IMG/VR virus record: IMGVR_UViG_3300011114_000773
Span: 44,298 to 108,297 of that record
Strand: one strand, 5' to 3'
Source: a virus
Length of the DNA: 64,000 nt
Position 1 is the first letter of the stretch; each line of letters begins with the position of its first letter. Positions 19,801 through 29,393 of the stretch are shown in pieces. The position numbers were made by a program, and so were the translations under genes. The notes below the pieces were generated by a model that searched no databases, was not told the DNA's origin, and saw only the letters and a list, made by a program, of their open reading frames with translations.

Positions 19801-21890
19801 TGATTTGTAGGAAACAAGTCAATAGGCTGGCCCAATGAGATATTATTCAAATATCTTGTTCGGATACGCTCTTCTTGGCCCGATACGCCGCTGGTATATG
19901 CGCCATAATTAATCGCAGTAGCGCTTGATTTTATAAGAAATCCGAAGTCAGAGAGCAGGCTGTTATAATTCACAAGGCCTAGCGACCCAGTTATTTCTCT
20001 TCTGCAAGTCGCTGAAAAGTCCAGAGATATTCTATCAAGATGCGAAAAGCTAGTTATATTAGAAAGCGAAGAGTTATATTCATTATAGTCTTCTCTAAAG
20101 CTTATCGGGTCAACTTTCACGTCAATATCGCTACCCGAGATATGATGAGATAAAGATTTAAGAATTCCGCTATAGGACCGCTTAAGCGAATAGAAGATAC
20201 TACTAAATCTAGGGCACTCCAAAAGAAGTGCCGAATAGGCTGGACTATTTTCGACCAACTCCCAATTTGCCCATAGATAATATCCCCTATTAGATACTGC
20301 CCATTCTGTATATTTCTGCTCTCGTTGCGCAATAGCTAGCAGATTATCAAAATAAAAATTGGTATTTGACCCTCCTGCGTCCATCGAACCGCGCTCGTAA
20401 ACCAAAGGAGCAGCGAGCGGCGTATCTATTTCATAGACAGGAATGGGGATAACTTCATTATCTACATCATGTGATATATCCCGAATTAATTTGTTACAAG
20501 TCACTAAAAATCTAGTCCCAAAATATCCGAATTTCCGAATTGCACTATAGTAAGGAACTTCAAAATAGTCTCTCGGACAGTCGTAAACCGTAGCGCCGAA
20601 CGTCCAAGGGAGAAAATCTACCGTCTCTGGGCACTGGCGATTTTCCCACCAGTAATCCGAGTCGGCATAAGAAGGGTCGAATAACTCAGTCCCTTTGCTC
20701 GTCGGCCTAGGATTAATTCCCGGAACTACAGACGAGGTTTGGCTATTAAAAAATGGAAGATAGTCGTGATTTTCTTTGTATGTAAAATGCCAGTAATGCC
20801 AAGGATTATGCGAGAAAGTAGGCTCAAGACTACCAGCATTCATTGGGCTGGCCGGGTCATACGCTAGCGAGTCGAGAGTCCCTCCTATGTTTATTCCCGC
20901 CGTCATCGCTCCCTCCATAGCTGGAGCATCACATAGGGCATTATAGGTTAGTTTATTATTGAGTAGTAAGTCGTTATTTAGCCCTTCTTTTCCGATTACG
21001 TATCCCGTTCCGTAGTTGGCCACATTCAGAAAGTCTGAAGTCTCGCCCATGCCAGTTATAACCGCTATTCCATCTGAGTTTCTGGCAATATTATACCTAG
21101 AGGTAAGCTGTAAATCGAGATAGTCTAAAGAAGTCGGAATTGGGTTGTGGTTATAGACATTTCCAGCCACACCACCGGCGAAAGAACCAGCGCCATAAGA
21201 AAACAACAATTCTGAAAAATAGAAATTTTTTGTCAGTGATGGCGGGCATTCTTCATACGGGGCATGAATTGAGCCTATTTTAGTCGCAATTGGGGAAACT
21301 CCCACATTAAATGGCTCAAGACTCTCGCTGCCGAAGATATTTACACTTACAATGCCCCGGAGTTCGTTATACTCCTTTGGAGTCAGGTTAGCGCAACCTC
21401 CATTTGATAGAGCGTCAGATTTATCAATCGAATCGGAGATGGCTTCGGACAAGGTGGTGACTTCTCCATAAGGCGGCGAATAATAGCCCATCGGATGAAA
21501 ACCCTGATAGTAATTATATATGCCGACTTGAAATGGCTTCGCCTGTCCCCGGCAAGTGTCAAAAAGCTTGACATCCTGAGACTGTCTTAGGCTCCCAGTC
21601 GTGTTAGCCGTAAGAAATGCGGTCGCATGTGCTGGATAAACGGCTAGCCCCAACGCCAACATAGGTGCGTTTGAATAGGAGTATGAACTATTTTGTCCTA
21701 GAAATGCGCCCGGAATGACGGCCTGTGGGTCTTTATTCAAATTTGCAGACTGATTTGCCGAATAAATATTATATCCGCGAGTCCAAGTCGAAGATATGCC
21801 AGTAGGAATAGCGCCAGTGAATATAAATGAAGAACTTCCAGCAAAAACTGGGTCAAACCTTACTGATTGTCCTGATGCTAAAAGTCTCAT
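16839..21890 (-). CDS. Large putative virion protein (1683 aa) with an Ig-like segment
   Basis: PILLQQPKN...PTF...YFYFCIASGRYG Ig-like pattern; Cys-rich; late-type motif upstream. Confidence 0.6.
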   Translation of the reverse strand: MRLLASGQSVRFDPVFAGSSSFIFTGAIPTGISSTWTRGYNIYSANQSANLNKDPQAVIPGAFLGQNSSYSYSNAPMLALGLAVYPAHATAFLTANTTGSLRQSQDVKLFDTCRGQAKPFQVGIYNYYQGFHPMGYYSPPYGEVTTLSEAISDSIDKSDALSNGGCANLTPKEYNELRGIVSVNIFGSESLEPFNVGVSPIATKIGSIHAPYEECPPSLTKNFYFSELLFSYGAGSFAGGVAGNVYNHNPIPTSLDYLDLQLTSRYNIARNSDGIAVITGMGETSDFLNVANYGTGYVIGKEGLNNDLLLNNKLTYNALCDAPAMEGAMTAGINIGGTLDSLAYDPASPMNAGSLEPTFSHNPWHYWHFTYKENHDYLPFFNSQTSSVVPGINPRPTSKGTELFDPSYADSDYWWENRQCPETVDFLPWTFGATVYDCPRDYFEVPYYSAIRKFGYFGTRFLVTCNKLIRDISHDVDNEVIPIPVYEIDTPLAAPLVYERGSMDAGGSNTNFYFDNLLAIAQREQKYTEWAVSNRGYYLWANWELVENSPAYSALLLECPRFSSIFYSLKRSYSGILKSLSHHISGSDIDVKVDPISFREDYNEYNSSLSNITSFSHLDRISLDFSATCRREITGSLGLVNYNSLLSDFGFLIKSSATAINYGAYTSGVSGQEERIRTRYLNNISLGQPIDLFPTNHIVYSFDSRLSYEASPLWGRKAEGSISASTFGPNSLQLPEVPRRYFEGTFGKRAGLTGLMELYANYKIAHPNSLDDNPTAGSNFTLGSMFCNESCGKMGPKGLMISVLDGMMVDRTTLAASPIVNTWRALGYNEIGKLDGNFSCFTPILLQQPKNTFCKIGQSPTFRAHAVDYHTIPEDKIGVRHPEIYYWAHKLKLLSKTNRYLYPMKYTWGRVHVSYTGEYLKGDYSHSQISYAGVGASSAWGCLENNSGPNCTFIHPAECVAENGTTVGYNGPNRDNYSYIQGIKSADASSYFYFCIASGRYGIRGSDLLAVEADKFILTDIAFINGGGTVLNPTLSMKIDSTVSNGFLQDGTAISQSFSIQGSPILAAYHGLAQDAYTIPEEVMVRKKYIRNGGGQNIGFGFDGSDGFRGVLRSYEPETIEDTRGLKAMNHRPVDYGELLQYKLDLSDKIGGAVYGHSHLPVCSNYQMPIGRKGVRIEAQINGIAVKHKSITNPAEIGLTNPPSPMKQPPGYTYPVPNIDHVGQLYNINHEIKMGVSTSWQFHQNLGPVRRFGAYTRYEAMNSSVWGSDFVFVNDISAANQAMARYAFDYVQNTVVRPDTLAGPNCGYVEPSLGRKMLYFVEAFDRFYILCDAKAKYNVPNKGFIAPGLRQGDAPFQYAWIGQPSDTYLTRKSMYGPYAYQWKVMRHNRDRLGNGISQGFYSMGWGQKYSLMYDAAAIYGLYFKNDSNATRMATIDNIKIIRGLAFPHRSVRRMYLGRSEGPGEAYGYGDVRANCEFVSNQVGAIFNGGVVNTAGIDPNGYIARCAYYDISSTNLFDGGEYYCTKQGVRGGKCFDPCLSMRYSHGFLPGGKKLTNMSNMSSMSSAGGLSKYKVILTQDGKHDDFVASTAAGGLVTILRGPANTPYATALKNTTFAANNLATPFNSLATLRRTSRIDFSISPCEQGGADHCNYNTPTLHVGGNTTPAVLINGLTAANYNVFASL

Positions 21891-21896
21891 ATCTTC

Positions 21897-21925
21897 TTGA
21901 CTGTTTCCTAAAATCCCACTAGTAT
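21897..21925 (+). promoter_or_regulatory. Sigma70-type promoter of the + strand island
   Basis: TTGACT, 17 bp, TAGTAT; 9 nt before ATG 21935. Confidence 0.65.
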
Positions 21926-21934
21926 ATACACACT

Positions 21935-22519
21935 ATGTTACAATTCTATAAGCCCAACCCCAAAATTACCGGTTCAGCCTGTTCTATTTATTATTCTGTC
22001 AGCAAGGGCTGCTTCTTCTTGCAGCTTTTGAAACAGGATGGCTGGAATGGCAAAAACGGAACCTTCGGTAAGAGCCGAGAGGACGTTACCAAGTCGGTGC
22101 TCACTAAGCTCTCAACGATTGAAGCGGCAGGAATCCTTCTTTGCTTGGAGAAGGATATGCCTTTTAAGGCCTACCACCAATTCCCCGGTGCCAGATATGC
22201 CACTGCTATAAATCTTGCGCCGTATTCTGATGCGGCAGGTACCGCTATTGGATATTCTCTTTCTGTTTCTAAGAAAGACAAGCAGGACACCGCCGCACCG
22301 TCCGCCTCGTTCCGTATCGGTCTATATTTTCAAGAAGCGCGTCTATTGAGAGAATATTTGTCTATTGGTCTGAGAGAGATTCTCCTCTATCGACCCGACG
22401 AAGCCAAGGTGGCGGATACTAAAGCTGAAGCTGCCGCCGAGGCAGGCGCTTCCGAGCCTTCTGGAGAAGCTAGCCCTCAAGACGAGGCTGGCGTCACAAA
22501 TGAATCCGCTGTCTTTTAA
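21935..22519 (+). CDS. Putative Whirly/PC4-fold ssDNA-binding protein with an acidic tail
   Basis: Two repeats of a beta-beta-beta-beta-alpha-like pattern (KLSTIEAAGIL; IGLYFQEARLL); acidic tail ending in F. Confidence 0.55.
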   Translation: MLQFYKPNPKITGSACSIYYSVSKGCFFLQLLKQDGWNGKNGTFGKSREDVTKSVLTKLSTIEAAGILLCLEKDMPFKAYHQFPGARYATAINLAPYSDAAGTAIGYSLSVSKKDKQDTAAPSASFRIGLYFQEARLLREYLSIGLREILLYRPDEAKVADTKAEAAAEAGASEPSGEASPQDEAGVTNESAVF

Positions 22520-22542
22520 TCAGTTATATTAAAGAATCTCTA

Positions 22543-24459
22543 ATGAGAAAAAAAAAGATTTTATTCCAGAGCGACTACTCCTGCGCCAAAACAGGATTTG
22601 GGCGCGTATCTAAAACTCTCTTAGAGTATCTTTATAAAACTGGTAAATACGATATAACGCACTACTGCTGTGGAATGCAGTATAGTCATCCCGACTTATC
22701 CAGAACGCCGTGGCGGTCCATCGGCTGTCTTCCTGATGACCCAAGGGAGATTGAGGCATTAAATCGTGACCCGATGCTTGCTAGAGACGCAAGTTATGGG
22801 TCAGTCCTTCTCAACAAGGTCGTTGAAGAAATTCAGCCAGATATCTATCTTGCTGCGCAGGATATTTGGGGAGTTGATTTCGCAATCAATAGGCCGTGGT
22901 TTAATAAGACTAATTCTTTCATCTGGACTACGCTAGACTCACTTCCCATCCTTGACGCCGCAATAGAAGCGGCTAAAAAGACGAAGAACTACTGGATATG
23001 GAGCAGTTTCGCTACCGAGGCTCTGCATAAATTGGGGCAAAATCATGCCAAAACCGTTCATGGCCCAATTGACGCAAAAGATTTCTATAGGCTAGATTCT
23101 GCGAAGAAGGCCGCTCTCAGAGTCTCCGCAGGAATTTCGCCCAACACCTTTGTCGTCGGATTCGTCTTCCGCAACCAGCTAAGAAAGTCTGTACCCAATC
23201 TGCTAGAGGGGTTCAAACTGTTCAAGCAAAGGAAATCTGACGTAATCCCATCAAAACTGCTCCTACATACGCATTTTGGAGAAGGGTGGAAGATTCCAAA
23301 GCTCGCTGCTGAATATGAGATAGATATCGCTGATATCCTAACGACTTATATTTGCCGCGCTTGTTCTCAATATCATGTCTCTAGCTTTTCGGGTATGGAT
23401 GTAGCTTGTCCGCACTGCAAAAATGATAAATCCTGTACCACTACCCAGCCGGGGCTGGGAGTCTCAGAAGAGGCTCTGAATGAGGTTTATAATCTAATGG
23501 ATGTCTATTGCCATCCCTTTACCTCTGGCGGTCAGGAGATTCCTATTCAAGAGGCGAAACTGGCGGAACTTATCACGCTTGTCACTAATTACTCTTGCGG
23601 TTCCGAAATGTGCCAAGAGGCTGCGGCATCTTTTCCGCTAGACTTCGCTGAATATAGAGAGCCTCAGACAGAGTTTATTAAGGCCTCGACCTCCCCAGCC
23701 TCCATAGCGAAGCAACTGCTAAAGGTCTATAAGATGAGCGATGATGGACGAAGGGATATGGGTAAGCGCGCCCGCAAGTGGGCACTGGAAAACTTTTCGG
23801 TTGACGTAGTCGGCAAGTCTATAGAGAAAGTTTTTGACGAACTCCCATTTGTGGACTACTCAGGAGTATCCTTTGATGAGGAGCGTCGTGACCCAAATTG
23901 TGTCGTTCCAGATATCGCTGATAACTGCGAATGGATTACATTCTTATACCACAATATTCTTAAGCGGCCTACTACCGATAGGACCGATGCTGGGCACCAG
24001 TATTGGGCTAAGGAATTAGAGAAAGGGACGCCGCGAGCTTCTGTAGAGGCCTATTTTAGACAAGTGGCTAGCCAAGAGAACGCTAAGACTAAACCTCTTG
24101 ACTTGAAAGAGCTTCTCGGTGAAGAGCCTGCTAGCGAAAGAATGCTGTTCGTAATACCCGAGTCTATCGGCGATGTGTTTATATGCACGTCTCTATTCGA
24201 GAATCTTCGCAAGGCTAACGATAATCGCTTGCTATATGTCGCCACCAAGCCTGAATATTTTTCTATTCTTGAGGGCAATCCTCATGTCCATAAGGTGATT
24301 CCTTATCTGCCGATTATGGATAACCTGCTCGTTTTAGAGGGTCAAGGGTCAAATCCGGGATATTTTGATATCGCATTTTTACCTTATGTGGGAACGCAAA
24401 GAATGCTGGATTATGTTCACAACGGAAAAGATAAAATTACTCTCAACCTGACTTCTTAA
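22543..24459 (+). CDS. GT4-family glycosyltransferase with a Zn-ribbon insert, fused to the N-terminal lobe of a GT9
   Basis: TGFGRV, RNQLRKS, LNEVYNLMDVYCHP, GGQEIPIQEA; CRAC/CPHC insert; C-terminal ESIGDV...EGNPHVHKVI. Confidence 0.85.
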   Translation: MRKKKILFQSDYSCAKTGFGRVSKTLLEYLYKTGKYDITHYCCGMQYSHPDLSRTPWRSIGCLPDDPREIEALNRDPMLARDASYGSVLLNKVVEEIQPDIYLAAQDIWGVDFAINRPWFNKTNSFIWTTLDSLPILDAAIEAAKKTKNYWIWSSFATEALHKLGQNHAKTVHGPIDAKDFYRLDSAKKAALRVSAGISPNTFVVGFVFRNQLRKSVPNLLEGFKLFKQRKSDVIPSKLLLHTHFGEGWKIPKLAAEYEIDIADILTTYICRACSQYHVSSFSGMDVACPHCKNDKSCTTTQPGLGVSEEALNEVYNLMDVYCHPFTSGGQEIPIQEAKLAELITLVTNYSCGSEMCQEAAASFPLDFAEYREPQTEFIKASTSPASIAKQLLKVYKMSDDGRRDMGKRARKWALENFSVDVVGKSIEKVFDELPFVDYSGVSFDEERRDPNCVVPDIADNCEWITFLYHNILKRPTTDRTDAGHQYWAKELEKGTPRASVEAYFRQVASQENAKTKPLDLKELLGEEPASERMLFVIPESIGDVFICTSLFENLRKANDNRLLYVATKPEYFSILEGNPHVHKVIPYLPIMDNLLVLEGQGSNPGYFDIAFLPYVGTQRMLDYVHNGKDKITLNLTS

Positions 24460-24464
24460 ACATT

Positions 24465-25655
24465 ATGAATTTGATTGAACGCTATTCGCTTTCTTGCGGA
24501 GTCCCTATTGGACAGCCGTATATTTACGAGAAGTTCTTCCCACTTCCAATCGAGAAATATATAACGATACACCCATTTACTAAGCCCGCTAAGACTTATG
24601 ACTATTGGCAGGACGTGGTAGATGAACTGCTGCCGTTCTTAGAGAAAGAAGGTATCAGAATTGTACAAATCGGGGCAAAGAACGAGCCTAAACTCATTGG
24701 ATGCGTACACTTGCAGGGAACAACTAGTGTCTCTCAGGTAGCGTTTTTATTAAATTACTCCATGCTGCATCTCAGCGCGGATACCTTTTCTGCGCATATC
24801 GCTAGCAGCAAGAATATACCGATGGTTACTCTCTTCTCTTCTAGCTATGTGAGTAACTGTTGTGGATATTGGGGAGAGAGGTCTAAGCAGATTTTTCTAA
24901 GTCCTGCTTTTGTGGACGGTAAAAAACCATCGTTCGCCAATGAAGAAAGTCCCAAAACTATCAATACAATACCTTCCGAAAGAGTCTCTCAGTCAGTCCT
25001 AGACCTTTTATCTATTAAAGAAGTAGTCCCCTATCGTACCGTATATGTAGGCTCAAAATATACAAATGGGATTTATTTTCACAATATCGTTCCTACTGAT
25101 GGGGCTGCGGCTATCGAGCAAGATGGCGTAGAAATAAGAATGGATTTAGGATTTAATGAAGAATTCTTGGTTAGGCAGTTGGCTCAAAGAGTCTGTGCCG
25201 TAATTACAGATAGGCCAATTAATATCAATATCATAAGAGACTATAAACCTAGAATCTCTGTAATGTTCGTCTTCGTTAAAGACGATACCTGCCTTCCTTT
25301 TGTCAAGCAACTAATCTCGATAGGAATTAACACAGAGGTCGTGACCTATGAGAGTAGAGAGGCCGAATTATCTAAATTGCGACTCTCATTTTACGAATAT
25401 AAGAGACTAGGAGTTCTTACAGAGCCAGACTCTAAAAGGGTAGAGGAGCTAGGGCGCAGAGACAATCTATTTTTTAAAAGTAACAAGATTTATACATGCG
25501 CTAACAAGAGATTCTTCAGTCTAGTCAGAGATGATTCGGATAAAAAAATCCGTGGACGGAGTACCGATAGCCCAAATAAGTTTTTGCCTATGCCCAAGGG
25601 ACTTGTGGATTATCGTGACTTAGAATTTTTTAAGATTGTCGAAAAGACAGCTTGA
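24465..25655 (+). CDS. C-terminal lobe of a GT9 (heptosyltransferase-like) plus an unknown domain
   Basis: YITIHP...AKTYDYW, IVQIG, LSADTFSAHIASSKNIPMVTLF. Confidence 0.75.
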   Translation: MNLIERYSLSCGVPIGQPYIYEKFFPLPIEKYITIHPFTKPAKTYDYWQDVVDELLPFLEKEGIRIVQIGAKNEPKLIGCVHLQGTTSVSQVAFLLNYSMLHLSADTFSAHIASSKNIPMVTLFSSSYVSNCCGYWGERSKQIFLSPAFVDGKKPSFANEESPKTINTIPSERVSQSVLDLLSIKEVVPYRTVYVGSKYTNGIYFHNIVPTDGAAAIEQDGVEIRMDLGFNEEFLVRQLAQRVCAVITDRPININIIRDYKPRISVMFVFVKDDTCLPFVKQLISIGINTEVVTYESREAELSKLRLSFYEYKRLGVLTEPDSKRVEELGRRDNLFFKSNKIYTCANKRFFSLVRDDSDKKIRGRSTDSPNKFLPMPKGLVDYRDLEFFKIVEKTA

Positions 25656-25680
25656 CCTATCCGACAAATAAGGCTATAGT
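25652..25680 (+). promoter_or_regulatory. Sigma70-type promoter, leaderless geometry
   Basis: TTGACC, 17 bp, TATAGT; 6 nt before ATG 25687. Confidence 0.75.
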
Positions 25681-25686
25681 CTAGTT

Positions 25687-26439
25687 ATGAACGACACTCC
25701 TATCTTAAACGCAACAGCGACGCCTCCAATTGTTCTCACCAGAAATTCATTTGGACTCATTGCTAATGTACCATCTATCTCCTACTCCTATACGGATGTA
25801 GGTCTTGTCGATTGGCGTAGGATGATTAACCAGAAATTTCTTGTTCCCAATAAGCAAAAAACAAAAGAAACAGACATCTCAAAACTAGAAGATAAAGACA
25901 TTCTCATCCTTTTAGGCGGAGTGAAAGAGCTTGCTCAAATTCGAGGAATCACTTTTGTCAACTATACGGTTACGACATTCTCAACTGATTCTGTCACTGC
26001 TGTCTGTTCTATCGGATTCATTCCTAATTATGAGACAGAGATGCGCGAAGTCGTCTTTTCTGCCATCGGAGACGCTACAGCGTCAAACACCAGCGGCTTT
26101 GGAAGAAACTTTCTCGCCGCAATAGCGGAAAACCGCGCATTCGTGCGCTGTGTCAGAAACTTTTTAAGAATTAACATTGTCGGTAGCGACGAACTGAATT
26201 CTGAAGGAAATGCTGCACCGTCGGAGCAGACTATAGAAAAATCTGCTGCTGATGGCTCTCCAGTAAGCCTTCTATCTGCCGAGATGGAGAAGCGCGGACT
26301 TAAGTTATCTCATATTATAGCAAGACTCCGTGACGAAAATTACCCCGCTACCGACGCCATTAAAGACCTTTCCGACTTACCCGGAATTAAAGTCCTCGAA
26401 CTAATCGGTCGTATCAAAAAGATACCTGTTAAGTCGTAG
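25687..26439 (+). CDS. Rad52/RecT-superfamily single-strand annealing protein
   Basis: GGVKELAQIRG...FSAIGDA...AIAENRAFVRCVRNFL annealase-like pattern. Confidence 0.6.
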   Translation: MNDTPILNATATPPIVLTRNSFGLIANVPSISYSYTDVGLVDWRRMINQKFLVPNKQKTKETDISKLEDKDILILLGGVKELAQIRGITFVNYTVTTFSTDSVTAVCSIGFIPNYETEMREVVFSAIGDATASNTSGFGRNFLAAIAENRAFVRCVRNFLRINIVGSDELNSEGNAAPSEQTIEKSAADGSPVSLLSAEMEKRGLKLSHIIARLRDENYPATDAIKDLSDLPGIKVLELIGRIKKIPVKS

Positions 26440-27499
26440 TTATGTGGCTATACGTCGGATTGTAAAGGATAGAACCTGCTTGTCTGACTTTAGGGGTAGG
26501 ATATGTCGCTGGGTTTGTCACAATCAGCGGCATACAGTCGTTTACTGGCTCCCTGTTCTTGTTGTCGAAATTCATGTCTTCAAGAAAGCAGCAGTTAAAC
26601 ATCGCTGATGAGTCTGGATATCCTTTCCAGAAGTAGTCTCTTAAGACATTCGCTCGATTTGTATAGGAGTCGAGAAGTATCGAGTCTATTTTTGCTAGTA
26701 AAGCCGGGTCAGACTGCCTCCAAAATACCTCAAAAGTTTCTTTATTGAGTCCAACAGCGAACTGCTTATTTGAGACGAAAGCGGGGACCGGGGCGACGGT
26801 TGGATTGCCTGCGTTATTTTTAATTGCGTAGGTAGGTGCCCATTGAAGCGCAGAAGAGGACGATACTAAATTCCCATTTATTTTGAACGTCCTAGAGGCG
26901 TCATGCGGATAGAGAGGAAGTATCGCGACGTTAGCATATTTGGACGGAGATGCAGATATTGAGGCAGCCCCGGCTGGGTCAGAACTTAAAAAGGAAGTGT
27001 TGTAGGTGTTAGTAGCTGGCACCGCTGTCGAAGACATTTGCGACGAGTCGAATTCAGAGCTAAAAAAGGAATCATAAAAAAAATGAGGAGAACTTAGCTT
27101 TTTTACTTTAATCCTCTCTCCAATAGTATATGGCCTATTAATCTGCGGTATATTATCCCAAGAATATGCTCCGGGAATTCCCTGATTCACATTGCCTAAA
27201 GTATCGACGCGGCGCTGGTCAGCGATATTAATCTGAGGCCCAGAATCGACGCTAATCCACAAATGAGTAGGCCTTTGTACCAAATAGAACATTTGCGACC
27301 AATGGCTTACCGTAGGCATTCTGCTGGAAGGCTCAATCATTACTATTAAAAATCGACTTAATATGTCGAAATAGAATGAGTTGGTAATGCCTACGTCCCC
27401 ATAATTGGCTACGACCCTTGCGGACCAAGTTTCTCCTTCCTTGGACAAATCTTGCGGCTTCTTAAGTCGCTGCGATATTGCTTTAATTGTATTAGCCAT
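26429..27499 (-). CDS. Putative tail-tip protein
   Basis: Last gene of the tightly coupled post-TMP cluster. Confidence 0.55.
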   Translation of the reverse strand: MANTIKAISQRLKKPQDLSKEGETWSARVVANYGDVGITNSFYFDILSRFLIVMIEPSSRMPTVSHWSQMFYLVQRPTHLWISVDSGPQINIADQRRVDTLGNVNQGIPGAYSWDNIPQINRPYTIGERIKVKKLSSPHFFYDSFFSSEFDSSQMSSTAVPATNTYNTSFLSSDPAGAASISASPSKYANVAILPLYPHDASRTFKINGNLVSSSSALQWAPTYAIKNNAGNPTVAPVPAFVSNKQFAVGLNKETFEVFWRQSDPALLAKIDSILLDSYTNRANVLRDYFWKGYPDSSAMFNCCFLEDMNFDNKNREPVNDCMPLIVTNPATYPTPKVRQAGSILYNPTYSHITTT

Positions 27500-27500
27500 A

Positions 27501-29393
27501 TTAATATTGGAAATGATAGCCGCTTACGCCGGTTATATTTAATGATATTACACCTGAGCTAATAAATATCCTATGGTATCCTGTTCCTGTGGAGTAAGTC
27601 GTTAATCCCGAGATGAATGACCCTCCAGAACCCCCAAACGTACCCACCGCAGTAATAGCAATAGACGGACTAATACTAAAAGAAGAAGGAGACAGATGCG
27701 CTGCTATTACAATTCCCCCAGCGCTCGCTGGAAGAGATACCGTCCCATAATAGCCAGTTGTTCCGCCATAATACGGAAGACTTATCGGAGTCAAATTGGC
27801 TCCCAAATGACCAGTCTGAATAGCCCAATTTCCAGTAAAAGAATATGTATTTGCTTGCTTATTAAAGGACGTAGTACCGGAGGCATTAAATCCAGAGTCC
27901 AACGATATTCCAGCATATATATCAGATGGATTTCTCACAATTTTTAGAGAAGGTATGTAACCGATATTGCCACTATCGTATCCAGAACCAGCATTTCCAA
28001 TCCATAATCCTGTATAAGATATTCCAGTAGCGTTTGCCCCACTAATATGCTTCACGGAACTACTAGCCATAAGTTCTCCATGAAAATAACCAGCGTCTAG
28101 CTTCCTAAGCCCAGCGCCAGAGAAAGGGTTATATATGTACTGGCTTCCGCTCTCCAGCGGAACGTCAATACAACCCGCTGGCTTAAGAAGACTTATGCTT
28201 GGATTGTAGTTATATCCAGTCCCCGGAGTGGCAACCGAAAATCCCGTAATGGTATAGAAATTTCTTGAACCATAAAGGGAGATTCTGACAGGCTTCAGTA
28301 GGGCAGAGCCAGAGCCGCTAACTCCAAGTCCATCCAAGGCTAAGAAATTAGCTGGAATCGTATTGCCGCATTGCACCGAAAATAAATTTCCAGCAGCAAA
28401 AGCCGTTCCTGTCACATGACCATAATCTAGGAACTCTGCGGTGGCAGGACGAGAGTAAAACCCCGAATTCTGCATAGAAAAACCCGTCAAGAATTTACCG
28501 GTATAAATAACATTGTCAGATGCCCCATTGGGAGCCACCTGTAGAGAAAAGGTTTTTGACTGAGATTCGGCCTTGCTATCAATTGCTGAATATTGCAACA
28601 CTTGTATAGACAAACCTGATGCCCCCGGATTATAAATAAACTGATTAGGAAGACCCGAGCCTACGAATGGATGAGATATCCCCTGAGAGTCTCCGTTAAA
28701 TATCATGTCGTAATGTTTTCCAGTCAACGATTCCTGACGATTGATTTGGACAGTCCTCTCAATTAATCCAAACGACGTATCTAGCCTAAACTTCACGTCG
28801 AGAACTCCTCCTCTGGAACTCCCATCTATCTTTGGTAGCGAAAAATTCATTGGCGTAGATGCCAGCGTCTTTCCGGTTATGCTCTTATCAAAAGCGATAG
28901 GGCTATTATTTAAAAAAGAGTAGTCTGTAGAAAACACTCGAAGACCAGCGTCTGAGTTGTTCACTATCTGTCCAGTTATAGGTAGATTCGCCGGATAAGA
29001 ACTAGCCAAAAGGACTTCTATAGACTCTCCTGTTATGCCGATGCTTAATTTTGAAGATAGTTCAACTCCGGTAGTCGATATATTAAATTGGCTAATTTGG
29101 GATGGAATTTTATTTGACTGTCTAATCAGTTCATTATTGATAAAATATCTATATTTAAAATTATCTATGTCCCCAGAAATGGAAAATCCTTCGTTGGGGT
29201 TGTATCCATATACTAGTTTCCCATTAGGGTCATATATTTCTCCAGACCGAAAAGTAAAGGCGAAATTTCCATCTACTCCAGAAAATCCAACAGTAGCCAC
29301 GCCAGTAGTATTAGAAAGAGACAATTCGTCTAATAGGAATGACCAACCCGAAACCAGCGGCATCTGTCTAAAATTTGTACCAGAATATTTCAT
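27501..29393 (-). CDS. Putative tail/baseplate structural protein
   Basis: Repeated ITGFSVATPGTGY / TGLWIGNAGSGY-type beta modules; coupled to neighbours. Confidence 0.6.
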   Translation of the reverse strand: MKYSGTNFRQMPLVSGWSFLLDELSLSNTTGVATVGFSGVDGNFAFTFRSGEIYDPNGKLVYGYNPNEGFSISGDIDNFKYRYFINNELIRQSNKIPSQISQFNISTTGVELSSKLSIGITGESIEVLLASSYPANLPITGQIVNNSDAGLRVFSTDYSFLNNSPIAFDKSITGKTLASTPMNFSLPKIDGSSRGGVLDVKFRLDTSFGLIERTVQINRQESLTGKHYDMIFNGDSQGISHPFVGSGLPNQFIYNPGASGLSIQVLQYSAIDSKAESQSKTFSLQVAPNGASDNVIYTGKFLTGFSMQNSGFYSRPATAEFLDYGHVTGTAFAAGNLFSVQCGNTIPANFLALDGLGVSGSGSALLKPVRISLYGSRNFYTITGFSVATPGTGYNYNPSISLLKPAGCIDVPLESGSQYIYNPFSGAGLRKLDAGYFHGELMASSSVKHISGANATGISYTGLWIGNAGSGYDSGNIGYIPSLKIVRNPSDIYAGISLDSGFNASGTTSFNKQANTYSFTGNWAIQTGHLGANLTPISLPYYGGTTGYYGTVSLPASAGGIVIAAHLSPSSFSISPSIAITAVGTFGGSGGSFISGLTTYSTGTGYHRIFISSGVISLNITGVSGYHFQY

